Shown here: positions 17,380 through 27,110 of the stretch, piece by piece
How the letters are laid out: each line of letters opens with the position of its first letter
Numbering within the stretch: the stretch's first letter is position 1
NCBI GenBank assembly: GCA_964449225.1
Contig: CAYVAN010000004.1
Coordinates: 1 to 50,277, forward strand
Direction of reading: 5' to 3'
Origin: an uncultured Rhodopirellula sp.
GTDB lineage: Bacteria; Planctomycetota; Planctomycetia; Pirellulales; Pirellulaceae
Length of the DNA stretch: 50,277 nt
Position numbers and translations under genes: made by a program
The notes under the pieces: model-generated
Databases searched by the model: none
What the model was told of the DNA's origin: nothing
The model's input: the letters and a program-made list of their open reading frames with translations, nothing else

Positions 17380-20300
17380 ATGTTGCACCAACTATTCAGC
17401 CGATTCAAACGATCCACCAAGCGTTCTACTCGCACCGCCAAAAAGCGTGCTCTGCGGATGGAGTCGATGGAAAAACGCGAATTGATGGCTTCGGACCTCG
17501 GTGTGATCGCCGGTACCACGTTTGTCGATCAGGGCAACGATGGTTTCGACGTTTCTGACCCGCCTGTGTTGGTGGATGCCAACGGCGACTTGGTGGCTCC
17601 TGGAACTGCGGGTGCGACGGGCGTCCAAATTCAGTTGTTTGAAGACACTAACAACGACATGATCTTTGATGCTAACGATCAACTCGTTGGCACCCTCGTC
17701 AGTGGTCTTGATGGGAGTTACCGCTTCGATCGACTTTCGCCAGGTGACTACTTCGTTCAACAAGCGACGGTTCCTCAACTGCAAACGCCAACGGAAACGT
17801 TGGTAAGCGTGGTCAACGACAGTGGTGTTCGAACTGAATTGATCGACGACTACACCGACGGAACGCAGAACGTGACTGCGACTGCTGGTAACACCGTCGA
17901 TGACTCGGCCACGGGTTTAGCGAATGTCGTTGGCGGTGGACGCGACGTCCAATCTAGCAACTCAGCGGCGACGGGCCAGGTCACTCTTTTCGTTGATAGC
18001 GCAGCTGGAAGCGTTTCGATTGGCTCCCTCGGTGATGGTGTTGGAACCGCGCTAATTCAATACGACGGAGCCGACAACTCGATCGCCTTAGACGCTGACG
18101 GTCTTGGCGGTGTTTCGCTTGGCGGCGGAGCCGCAACCGAAGCCTTGGACCCCGACGCCGGTTTGATCGTGCGAACCCGCGCTGAAACCGCTGGTGACAC
18201 CTTGGTCATCACGGTCCGCGATATGAACGGCGGTAGCTCGACCGCCAACATTCCGGTTCCACAAGACGCGGCTAACTTCATCGAGACCTTCGTCCGGTTC
18301 AGCACTTTCTCCAATGGTGCTGATTTCAATAATGTCGGTTCGATCGAAGCCTCGCTGGGACTGTCGGCTAACAATGATGTCTTCGTCAACATCGTGGAGG
18401 CAATTACACCAGAAATTGTGACCACCAATCTAGCGAACATCCAAACTCTGTCGCTTGGTGGCGAAGTCTTCATCGATAACGCACCCGGATTCCAGAATGA
18501 CGGCATGCGTCAAGGTAGCGAGTCAGGTCAAACCGCAGTCACCGTTGACTTATACCTTTTAGCGGGAGCCAATGATGTCGTTGATCCTGCCAACGACACC
18601 CCGATCGCATCCACCACCACCGGGCCCAACGGAGCGTACACGTTTGGCAATTTGGTTCCCGGCAACTACGCAACCGTGATTCCGGCTAGCAACTTTGCCA
18701 ACGGTGCAACGCTGTTCGGTTTCGCCAACAGCACCGGAAATGATCCTGCTCCCGATCCAGATGACAACACCGACGGTGATGACAGCGGTAGTGTAACTGC
18801 CGGAGGCGACGTGATTAGCGGAACAATCACCTTGGAATCCAATTTAGAACCGACTGATGATGACGACACGGATCCCAATACCAATACAACGTTGGACTTT
18901 GGATTCTTCCCGCAAATCGATCTTCGAATTACCAAGACGCTTAACGAAGCCGCGTCGGATTCATTTGCCGGCGGAACCGCTGTCTTCGACATCGTCGTGG
19001 AAAACTTGGGGCCACTTGATGCCACCAACGTCGAAGTCGTTGACGCATTCCCAGCTGGATTGACCTTTACGGGCATCAGCAACACCTCGGGCACGTTCAC
19101 GCAAAGCACCACGGGGAACACCACCACCATCGACCTGGGTACAGTCGTGGTGGGCGTCGCAGAAACGTTCACGTTGACGACCACGATTGGTGCTAACCAG
19201 ACTGCTGATCTGACCAATACGGCGACGGTAGCGACCGAAGATCAGGTTGAAACGGATGCGACCAATAACTCTGATGATGCTCTACTAGACATCATCACGA
19301 CCGACCTGCGGATTAGCAAAACCGACGTGACCGACCCGGTCAACGCTGGTGAACAAATTACTTACCAAATCACGGTGGTTAACGATGGACCCGACGACGC
19401 CACGGGCGTTGTCGTTCGTGACATGCTGCCAGCCGGGGTTACCTTTGTCAGCGGCGATGTTGGCGGAGCTGCTAACTTGGTCACTGTCGATGGTGCAACC
19501 GGTGATATCCTTGGAACGATTGGCACGCTTGCCAACGGTGCGACCGCCGTGGTGACGGTGGTCGTTGATGTTGCGACCGATGCAACCAGTCCGCTTAATA
19601 ACACTGCGTCAGTGTCCGCCGATCCAAACACTGATCCTGATCTGACGAATAACACGACCGACGAAGACACCACCATTTTGCGTCAAGTCGACGTGGCGAT
19701 CACGAAGAATGTGCAAGGCACTCCCATCGCCGGGGCAGACTTAACGTACGAGTTGATCGTCACCAACAACGGTCCCGGTGAAGCACGCGGCGTTTCGGTG
19801 ATTGATACGCTGGATGCTAATCTAACGTTCGTCAACGGTAGCTTGAATGCTGGGACAACCGGCATCACGGTCAGCCAGACCGGCCAGCAATTGACGTTTG
19901 ATGTTGGCACTCTTGATGCACAAGAAACCAGAACGTTCACCTTTGACGTGACGCTTTCCAGTTCAGCAACGGGTACCATTCCTAACGTTGCAACCGTTTC
20001 AACAACGGATACCGACACCGACAACACGAACAATAGCGATAACGAAGACGTCACCGTCGGACGTTCCATCGACTTGATCTTGGAAAAGACCGTTGACCTA
20101 GTGACGGCCGTACCCGGTCAGGACCAATTGGTTTACACCTTCACCGTGTCGCACGACACCGACAGCGTCAGCGACGCGGTTGACGTTGTTGTCACCGATG
20201 TCTTGCCTGCCAACGCGATCGGTGCGGTCATCAGTGCGGCGACAGCGGATAGCCAGAACTTTGATTCGGCTACCAACACAGCCACTGTCAACTTCGATGC

Positions 20301-21609
20301 GTTGCCAATTGGCGAGACTCGCACATTCACGATCACGGTTGATATTCCCGAAGCTGCAACTGGAACAATTGTAAACCCAGCATCGGTCACATCGACCGGT
20401 GACGAGCTTGATACGACGAATAACGATGACACCGCGACGACGACACTGACACCCGTTTTTGATGTGGTTGTCAACAAAACCGTTGACAATGCGGCACCGA
20501 TCATCGGCGGAACGGTGACTTACACCGTCGGCTTGACCAACGAAGGTCCAAGCACGGCAACGGGAGTTGTTCTTTCCGATGTTGTGCCCACGGGATTGAC
20601 CTTCGTTAGTGGGACGCTTGAAGGCAACGCTGGTGTGCTGACTGGTAACACGGTTTCCTTCCCAGGCATCACGCTGGACAATAACGAATCGGTCAACGCG
20701 ACGCTGACCTTCACGGTTGATGCGACCGCGTCTGGCACGATCACCAACACCGCAAGTGTTCCCGATCTATCAGCGGCTGGCGAAGATGACGTGACAAATA
20801 ACTCGGATGACGCGGATATCGTGGTCACGCCGCAGACCGACGTCACGATTGAAAAAACAGTCTCTGCCACAACCGCGCAAGCTGGTCAGACCTTGACCTA
20901 CACGATCAACGTCACCAACAACGGCCCATCGCCCGCAAGTGCGGTGACCGTGACCGACACATTGCCCGCTGGGGTTACGTTCGTTAGCGGTACGGGGCCA
21001 AACGGAGCACTGACCGCGACCGGACAAGTCGTGACCGTCAATGGCGGGGATCTTGCAGACCAGGGAAGTTTCAGCTTCACGGTTCAAGCGACAGTCAACG
21101 CTGGTGCAATTGGTATTCAGACCAACACGGCGACGGTTTCAACGACGACTCAGGAAACAAACGCAGGTAACAATTCCGCCACCGCCGCAACCACCATCGA
21201 TCCGGTTACAGGATCGCTTGCCGGGACGGTCTATGTGGACGCTAACAACAACGGCGTCCAAGACGCTGGCGAAGCTGGCATCGAAGGCGTCATCCTAACA
21301 TTGACGGGTACCGATTCGATCGGCAACAACGTTGATCTAACTGCGACCACCAATGCTGCGGGTGATTACCTGTTTGCCCAATTGGCCGCAGGGACTTACA
21401 GTCTAACTCAGACCCAACCAGCAGGTTTCCGTGATGGTCAAGAAGACGCCGGAATCGGGGCAACCGCTAATGTAGGGGACGATGTCTTCACCAATCTTGT
21501 TTTGGATCCAGCAGCAACGGCTACGGAGTTTGACTTCGGTGAGCTTGATGCACCGCTGTCGAAACGACGTTTTCTAGCTTCCTCTCGATCAGTAACTGAA
21601 ACGACTTAA
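17380..21609 (+). CDS. large surface protein: planctomycete-extracellular (LEPR-XLL-type) leader, 3 SdrD-B-like domains, 6 DUF11 repeats
   Basis: Leader [18 protein letters not shown]11 repeat starts [48 protein letters not shown], with V.N.GP..AT.V.V.D.LP cores. SdrD-B motif [27 protein letters not shown]. Confidence 0.88.
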   Translation: MLHQLFSRFKRSTKRSTRTAKKRALRMESMEKRELMASDLGVIAGTTFVDQGNDGFDVSDPPVLVDANGDLVAPGTAGATGVQIQLFEDTNNDMIFDANDQLVGTLVSGLDGSYRFDRLSPGDYFVQQATVPQLQTPTETLVSVVNDSGVRTELIDDYTDGTQNVTATAGNTVDDSATGLANVVGGGRDVQSSNSAATGQVTLFVDSAAGSVSIGSLGDGVGTALIQYDGADNSIALDADGLGGVSLGGGAATEALDPDAGLIVRTRAETAGDTLVITVRDMNGGSSTANIPVPQDAANFIETFVRFSTFSNGADFNNVGSIEASLGLSANNDVFVNIVEAITPEIVTTNLANIQTLSLGGEVFIDNAPGFQNDGMRQGSESGQTAVTVDLYLLAGANDVVDPANDTPIASTTTGPNGAYTFGNLVPGNYATVIPASNFANGATLFGFANSTGNDPAPDPDDNTDGDDSGSVTAGGDVISGTITLESNLEPTDDDDTDPNTNTTLDFGFFPQIDLRITKTLNEAASDSFAGGTAVFDIVVENLGPLDATNVEVVDAFPAGLTFTGISNTSGTFTQSTTGNTTTIDLGTVVVGVAETFTLTTTIGANQTADLTNTATVATEDQVETDATNNSDDALLDIITTDLRISKTDVTDPVNAGEQITYQITVVNDGPDDATGVVVRDMLPAGVTFVSGDVGGAANLVTVDGATGDILGTIGTLANGATAVVTVVVDVATDATSPLNNTASVSADPNTDPDLTNNTTDEDTTILRQVDVAITKNVQGTPIAGADLTYELIVTNNGPGEARGVSVIDTLDANLTFVNGSLNAGTTGITVSQTGQQLTFDVGTLDAQETRTFTFDVTLSSSATGTIPNVATVSTTDTDTDNTNNSDNEDVTVGRSIDLILEKTVDLVTAVPGQDQLVYTFTVSHDTDSVSDAVDVVVTDVLPANAIGAVISAATADSQNFDSATNTATVNFDALPIGETRTFTITVDIPEAATGTIVNPASVTSTGDELDTTNNDDTATTTLTPVFDVVVNKTVDNAAPIIGGTVTYTVGLTNEGPSTATGVVLSDVVPTGLTFVSGTLEGNAGVLTGNTVSFPGITLDNNESVNATLTFTVDATASGTITNTASVPDLSAAGEDDVTNNSDDADIVVTPQTDVTIEKTVSATTAQAGQTLTYTINVTNNGPSPASAVTVTDTLPAGVTFVSGTGPNGALTATGQVVTVNGGDLADQGSFSFTVQATVNAGAIGIQTNTATVSTTTQETNAGNNSATAATTIDPVTGSLAGTVYVDANNNGVQDAGEAGIEGVILTLTGTDSIGNNVDLTATTNAAGDYLFAQLAAGTYSLTQTQPAGFRDGQEDAGIGATANVGDDVFTNLVLDPAATATEFDFGELDAPLSKRRFLASSRSVTETT

Positions 21610-21699
21610 GACTGTCGTTGAACGTTTGCTAGGGCATTGGGAGCCGGTGTGGAAGTCATGCCCAGCAGACGAATCTGATCAGAGAGAAACTAGGAGCGT

Positions 21700-21738
21700 A
21701 AACGCTCGGCTTTTCGGGGGGAAAGCCGAGCGTTTTTT
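21700..21738. terminator. intrinsic terminator, likely bidirectional
   Basis: AAACGCTCGGCTTTT-CGGGGG-GAAAGCCGAGCGTTTTTT: long stem with a U-tract, between convergent genes. Confidence 0.8.
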
Positions 21739-21929
21739 GTTGCGCTCAACTGCATCGAAGCGTACCGTAGTCGCACGCCGTGTTTGCGAGCTAGAAATGC
21801 AATCTCCTATTTTTAACTTCCGACGCGTGGGTTCATTCACCAAAGGATGGAAGTCAATGTCTCGCCGGTGCAAAGGAAATTCGCTGGGGTTTAGACCATT
21901 CGCAATGGCTGCATTTTGTTAGGCCCAGA

Positions 21930-23723
21930 TCACGCGATGATCACCATCGCGTGATTGGCTTGAAGTTTTTGATTCCCAACGTTCTTGTTGGAATCTAAGA
22001 TCGGTTGCCCAGTGACTGGTAACTGAATCGACGCGGCATTCCAATGGACTGGGTTCAGGCGGATGACGACGGCGGCGTTTTGGCGGTTGTCGCGATATCG
22101 CATGACAAAAACGCCTTGGTTGGGATTTGAATCGATTTGCAGGTTTTCATTGCATAGCAATCCGCTTTCGATCCACTGTTTACGTAAGCTGATCAGGTTT
22201 CGATACCAACTGACCATCTCCGCGTCGCCATCGCTGCGGTTTCCAATTTTGGAATGGTGGAACGCCGCGGGTTTGACGGGTGATGAACCTTCGGACCAAT
22301 CGTGTTGCGGATATTCGCGACGGCGGCCTTTGACGACGGACCGGCGCAGCGACGAATCGCTGAAATCGACGAAGAATTGAAACGGTTGATCGCAGGCGAA
22401 CTCTTCCCCCATGAACAACATTGGGATTGCCGGAGACAAAATTAACATTGCTGCGGCGGCGCGCTGGACGGCCGGTGACGCTAGTTGATGAAGCCGCATG
22501 CCCAGCGGGTGATTGCCGATGAAGTCATGATTTTGGATCGAATAGATGAGCGATGACGTATCTACACGATCAGACGGCGATTGACGAAATGGCTTGGCAC
22601 CAAAGTCACCGCTAAAGATGTATCCAGTTCGCAGCACTTGATCTAAGTCTTTGGCAGATCGGTATTCGCGGTCCGTCAATTGCTCACCAGGGCGAAGGGT
22701 AGAAAAAACCGAGTGCAGAAAACAATCGCTCCACTGAGCATCGAACCCACATCCACCCTGATCGGTCGCTGTTGTCATCGCAGCGTTGTAGATGTTCGAT
22801 TCGGCAATCAACATCGCTGGCTGTCCGGTTTCGTTGCGATAGCTTTTGATGGCCTCGGCCATTTCGACAACGAAGTGCTTTTCGCTGTGATCGACCATGC
22901 AATGGACTGCGTCAACGCGAAGTGCATCCATGTGGTACTCATCAAACCAGGCGATAGCGTTTGCGATAAAGAATCGACGTAGCTCTTTGCTGTCTCTTGC
23001 ACCGTCAAAGTTTGGGCCAGCTCCCCACGGGGTTCGATGACTCCGAGAAAGATAGGGACCAATCTCGCCCAGATAATTGCCCTCTGGTCCCAAGTGGTTG
23101 TAGACCACGTCTAGGAAAACTGCCAAGCCTTTTGCGTGAGCAGCATCGACTAGGCGGCGCAAGTCATCGGGATCGCCGTAGTTGCGATTGGGAGCGAACA
23201 GATTGACTCCGTCATAACCCCAATTCCATTTGCCGGGCGCGTCGGCGACCGGCATCAATTCGATTGCGGTGATTCCAAGATCGATTAATTCATCTAGTCG
23301 GTCGATGGCTGCGACGAACGTTCCTTGGTCGGTGAATGTTCCGATATGTAGTTCGTAGATCACCCAATCTTCACGCCTGATGCCGGACCATTCCTGATCG
23401 GTCCAAGCAAAATCTCGTGACACGACTTCGCTGGGGCCGTGTACTCCTTCGGGCTGATAGCGAGATGCTGGATCGGGCCGGGGGGGCAATTCATCAAACC
23501 GATAATAGTAACGGTCGCCCGGACCGATTCCGTCTACCGTCGTTTGGTGATACCCGCCTGCGGATTTCTCCATCGCGATCGGGTTATCCTGACCGACAAG
23601 TTGCAACTGGACTTGGCGAGACCTGGGCGACCAAACGCAGAAACGGGTGCTGTTATTGCTCGTCGGCGTTGCACCGAGCACTTGGTTCAGTTTGGTTTGT
23701 TCAATTTCTTCGACGGGCAGCAT
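21930..23723 (-). CDS. treZ: malto-oligosyltrehalose trehalohydrolase (GH13)
   Basis: PDPASRYQPEGVHGPS, IYELHIGTF, WGYDGV, DVVYNHLGPEGNY, LRVDAVH, LIAES, QNHDFIGN, PMLFMGEE. Confidence 0.92.
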   Translation of the reverse strand: MLPVEEIEQTKLNQVLGATPTSNNSTRFCVWSPRSRQVQLQLVGQDNPIAMEKSAGGYHQTTVDGIGPGDRYYYRFDELPPRPDPASRYQPEGVHGPSEVVSRDFAWTDQEWSGIRREDWVIYELHIGTFTDQGTFVAAIDRLDELIDLGITAIELMPVADAPGKWNWGYDGVNLFAPNRNYGDPDDLRRLVDAAHAKGLAVFLDVVYNHLGPEGNYLGEIGPYLSRSHRTPWGAGPNFDGARDSKELRRFFIANAIAWFDEYHMDALRVDAVHCMVDHSEKHFVVEMAEAIKSYRNETGQPAMLIAESNIYNAAMTTATDQGGCGFDAQWSDCFLHSVFSTLRPGEQLTDREYRSAKDLDQVLRTGYIFSGDFGAKPFRQSPSDRVDTSSLIYSIQNHDFIGNHPLGMRLHQLASPAVQRAAAAMLILSPAIPMLFMGEEFACDQPFQFFVDFSDSSLRRSVVKGRRREYPQHDWSEGSSPVKPAAFHHSKIGNRSDGDAEMVSWYRNLISLRKQWIESGLLCNENLQIDSNPNQGVFVMRYRDNRQNAAVVIRLNPVHWNAASIQLPVTGQPILDSNKNVGNQKLQANHAMVIIA

Positions 23724-23799
23724 CGATAAGCGTTTGGGAACAAAGGAAAACGGAATCAGCTAGACTACTTGTGACCAGCCGATGGGCCTGCGCAAGACC

Positions 23800-23945
23800 C
23801 AGGGCAAATCAGTTTTTCAAACTGCAGACCTTATCGCCGTAGCGAAGCTCGCGCAGAGCTTCGGCGATTGCAGGGAAACCGAACGCCTCCGCGGCGATCG
23901 CTTTCTACTGACATCACCCCAAATTGAAAAACCGATCGGTTCCGT
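23800..23945. repeat. intergenic REPIN/MITE-like element, copy A (shared outer TIR, GTAG-type inner REP)
   Basis: Left TIR cagggcaaatcagtttttca is identical to the one at 35965; right end ttgaaaaaccgat; inner gtagcgaagctc-gcgca-gagcttcgg hairpin at 23839-23864. Confidence 0.7.
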
Positions 23946-24090
23946 AGCATGACCTTGGTCGATTGGAACTAAGGTGCAGTTGGGTTAACGTAACGGTTGG
24001 ATTAACGTACAGGCCAGTGCCGATCGGCTAAAGCCTATACTACAGCGACTTGCGACTTCAAAAACTTACAACGGCAAGATGTGACCTGTC

Positions 24091-25239
24091 ATGTTCTCTC
24101 GATCGATGTTCGCTATCTTTCTTTTTTTGATCGTCCACAGCCAGGTAGATGCGAGTGACCCTATGAAAAGCGGTCAAGAAACGATTCGAATCGCCACGTA
24201 TAACGTGTCGCTTTATGGAAAAGCCGCCGGATTGGTTCGTGAACGATTGGCAGATGGGATTGATCGGAAAGCCGCCAATGTTGCAGCGGTGGTTCAAACG
24301 GTTCGCCCTGATATTTTGCTTCTCAACGAAATTGATTACGACGACGAAGGCGAGACGGTCGAACGCTTTGCGGAACATTTCCTGGCGAAGTCTCAACGTG
24401 GCCTCGATCCGATCGACTATCCGTTTATCTACGCAGCACCGAGCAACACCGGCGTCAGTTCCAAGATGGACTTGGATGGAAATGGAAGAATCGGTGGTCC
24501 AGCCGACGCTTGGGGGTTTGGTGTTTACCCAGGACAGTACTCGTTCGCCGTGCTGAGCCGCTTTGCCATTGACGAGAATAGAATACGAACCTTCCAGAAG
24601 TTTCTTTGGCGTGACCTTCCTGACGCAAAGAAGCCGATCAATCCCAAGACAGGTGAACCGCATTATCCCGATGATGTTTGGAAATCACTGCGTTTGTCCA
24701 GTAAGAATCATGTCGATGTTCCCATTGATCTAGGTGGTCAAACCATTCACTTATTGGCCAGTCATCCAACGCCACCGGTTTTTGATGGGCCCGAAGATCG
24801 CAACGGCAATCGCAATCATGATGAAGTTCAGTTTTGGAATCACTACATCAGCGAGTCTAGCGTCGGTCAAACCAGTTCAAAATGGTTAGTCGATGATCAA
24901 GGACTTGGTGGTGGTTTAGATCAGAACGCTCTGTTTGTTATCGTTGGCGACTTGAATACTGACCCTGATCGCGGTGATTCAAAACGAGCGGCTATTACGA
25001 AATTAATTGGGCACCCGCGTGTGCATGATTCAAAACCGGTTCGCACGGGAGATACGGGCAGCCTTGCAACGGCTAGCTTTGGTCCGCGTCGCGAAATGCG
25101 AATCGACTATGTGTTGCCCAGCAGTAATTTCGTCGTCAACAGCAGTGCTGTATTTTGGCCTGCCAAAACAGATCCCGATTACGAACTGATCACTGCAACT
25201 GATCATCGTATGGTCTGGGTCGAGGTGAAACTGCCTTGA
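24091..25239 (+). CDS. secreted endonuclease/exonuclease/phosphatase (EEP) family protein
   Basis: Signal peptide; IRIATYN, PDILLLNEID, SHPTPPVFDGPEDRNG.RNHDE, GDLN, RIDYVLPS, TDHRMVW. Confidence 0.9.
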   Translation: MFSRSMFAIFLFLIVHSQVDASDPMKSGQETIRIATYNVSLYGKAAGLVRERLADGIDRKAANVAAVVQTVRPDILLLNEIDYDDEGETVERFAEHFLAKSQRGLDPIDYPFIYAAPSNTGVSSKMDLDGNGRIGGPADAWGFGVYPGQYSFAVLSRFAIDENRIRTFQKFLWRDLPDAKKPINPKTGEPHYPDDVWKSLRLSSKNHVDVPIDLGGQTIHLLASHPTPPVFDGPEDRNGNRNHDEVQFWNHYISESSVGQTSSKWLVDDQGLGGGLDQNALFVIVGDLNTDPDRGDSKRAAITKLIGHPRVHDSKPVRTGDTGSLATASFGPRREMRIDYVLPSSNFVVNSSAVFWPAKTDPDYELITATDHRMVWVEVKLP

Positions 25240-26372
25240 CGATTCGAGTTCTGTTCATGATCAGTTCGATGCGCGGCGGTGGTAGCGAGCAACAAACATT
25301 GCTGTTACTGGAACACCTAGATCGAACTAAGTTCGCTCCGCATTTGTATCTAACGCATCGCGAAGGCGACTTGCTTGCGCGAGTGCCTGATGATGTAGTC
25401 ATTAACGAATTCCAGCCTTCTCGTTCACGACTCTACTTTCCAGGGCGCGCTCTTGGCGATCAAGTCAGTCATTTGACAAACATGGTTCGGTCCGAAAAAA
25501 TCGATGTGATCTACGACCGTACGTTTCACATGACAATGATTGCAGGGCCAGCGGCGCGTGCCGCTGATGTTCCCAGAGTATCCACGATTGTGAGTCCACC
25601 GGATCGCGCGTTGCCGCTGGTGGAGAGACGATTTGTTGGATTAAAGAAAAGACGATTGGCAAAAGCGTACCGAGATTCCAGTCGTGTAATTGCGGTCAGC
25701 CAGAACGCGGCTGATTCGGCAGCACGATACTACGGTTTGAAAGTTGGTCAAATCGAAGTCGTTCTGAATCCGGTTGACCGCGAGTCAATCATCAACAGAA
25801 CCGTCATTAAAGACGATCGCCCGAAGGGGGTTCTCTTGTTGGCCTGCGTGGGACGTATGACAGACGAGAAGGGCCATGCGGATTTGATCGAGGCACTTCG
25901 GCTGACTGAAACCGATTGGCCGCATGCACCGTTGCATGTCTGGATGGTGGGTGACGGACCACTGCGCCAAAGCTTGGAAATCAAAGCCCAGGACGTCTTG
26001 AAATTGCATCAACTTGAATTTGTTGGTCATCAGTCCGATGCAGCATCCTGGATCGCATCGGTTGACGCTTTAATTTTACCTTCTCGATTTGAAGGAATGC
26101 CAAACGTCGTGCTGGAGGCGATGGCGTTGGGAACGCCTGTGGTAGCAACCGCATCGGGGGGCACTGGCGAGCTTCAGCAAAACCCGCCGACGATGTTCTT
26201 AGCGGAACCGGCCGAGCCAGCGTCGCTAGCCAAACAGATATGTCGGTTCGCTGCTGATCAGCGGGCAACGGCGGGGCAGGTCAAGGCCGCCAAAGAAATG
26301 ATTCAGCAAAATCACAACGTCGATCTGACGACTCGCAGGATCGAATCAATCCTGATGCAGTCAGTGCGTTAG
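25236..26372 (+). CDS. glycosyltransferase family 4 (GT-B)
   Basis: GGSEQQ, VGRMTDEKGH, PSRFEGMPNVVLEAMALGTPVVAT. TTG start overlaps the upstream TGA. Confidence 0.9.
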   Translation: MTIRVLFMISSMRGGGSEQQTLLLLEHLDRTKFAPHLYLTHREGDLLARVPDDVVINEFQPSRSRLYFPGRALGDQVSHLTNMVRSEKIDVIYDRTFHMTMIAGPAARAADVPRVSTIVSPPDRALPLVERRFVGLKKRRLAKAYRDSSRVIAVSQNAADSAARYYGLKVGQIEVVLNPVDRESIINRTVIKDDRPKGVLLLACVGRMTDEKGHADLIEALRLTETDWPHAPLHVWMVGDGPLRQSLEIKAQDVLKLHQLEFVGHQSDAASWIASVDALILPSRFEGMPNVVLEAMALGTPVVATASGGTGELQQNPPTMFLAEPAEPASLAKQICRFAADQRATAGQVKAAKEMIQQNHNVDLTTRRIESILMQSVR

Positions 26373-26531
26373 ATGCCTGACTGCATGATGGAGATAGTCA
26401 ACGCTTTCAGCTTGTAAAATTGAGCGACAAAGCCGCTCGTTTTAACGAACCGCAAGAGTCTGAAATCCTAGACACGTTCCGCAATCAATCCGGGACGCTG
26501 TTAGGAAGTGCTGTTCACAATCGATTGAAGT

Positions 26532-26864
26532 CTAGGCTTGGAAAGAGCTTCCGCAACCGCAGCTTTTCGTTGCGTTGGGGTTCTCGAATGTGAATCCTTG
26601 CTTTTCAAGGCTCTCGTACCAATCGACGGTTGTGCCATCTAAGTACAACGCACTTTTCTTGTCGACGACGACTGCGACGCCGCCGCAATCGTACTTGGTG
26701 TCGACTTTTTCGTCGAAAGTATCGTCAAAGTTCAGCGTGTAGCTAAATCCGCTACAACCGCCGGCTGCAATGCCGATGCGAAGCACCATCTCGTCGCCAA
26801 AGTTGTGCTCGACTTGAAACTGCTTAACTTGTTCCGCTGCTCGTTCGGTCAGTTTGACTGCCAT
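26532..26864 (-). CDS. HesB/IscA family iron-sulfur cluster assembly accessory protein
   Basis: GGCSGFSY and C-terminal [14 protein letters not shown]. Confidence 0.95.
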   Translation of the reverse strand: MAVKLTERAAEQVKQFQVEHNFGDEMVLRIGIAAGGCSGFSYTLNFDDTFDEKVDTKYDCGGVAVVVDKKSALYLDGTTVDWYESLEKQGFTFENPNATKSCGCGSSFQA

Positions 26865-27110
26865 CGTTCTTAGTCACCCTAGGCTAATTTGATCGCGTAC
26901 GATCGTAGGTTTGTTTAATGAGAGTTTCTGCGCGTAGTTTAGACGCTTGGTAACCCTATTCGCTTCGCGTCCATCATATTCAAGAATGTCAGTTTTGGGC
27001 AAGCGAGAGCTGTCAGGAATGCTTGGGAGTGCGGAATTTCTCTCAAATGCGTAGAACAATGGCGGAACACCCGTCAAACTTCCTTCAACGTTTCCAAATA
27101 AAACAGTCTT

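Noticed and set aside
18057-21087. Series of antisense ORFs opposite the DUF11 protein
   Set aside because: Mirror frames of a Thr/Val/Asp-rich repetitive gene; no independent coding signal.
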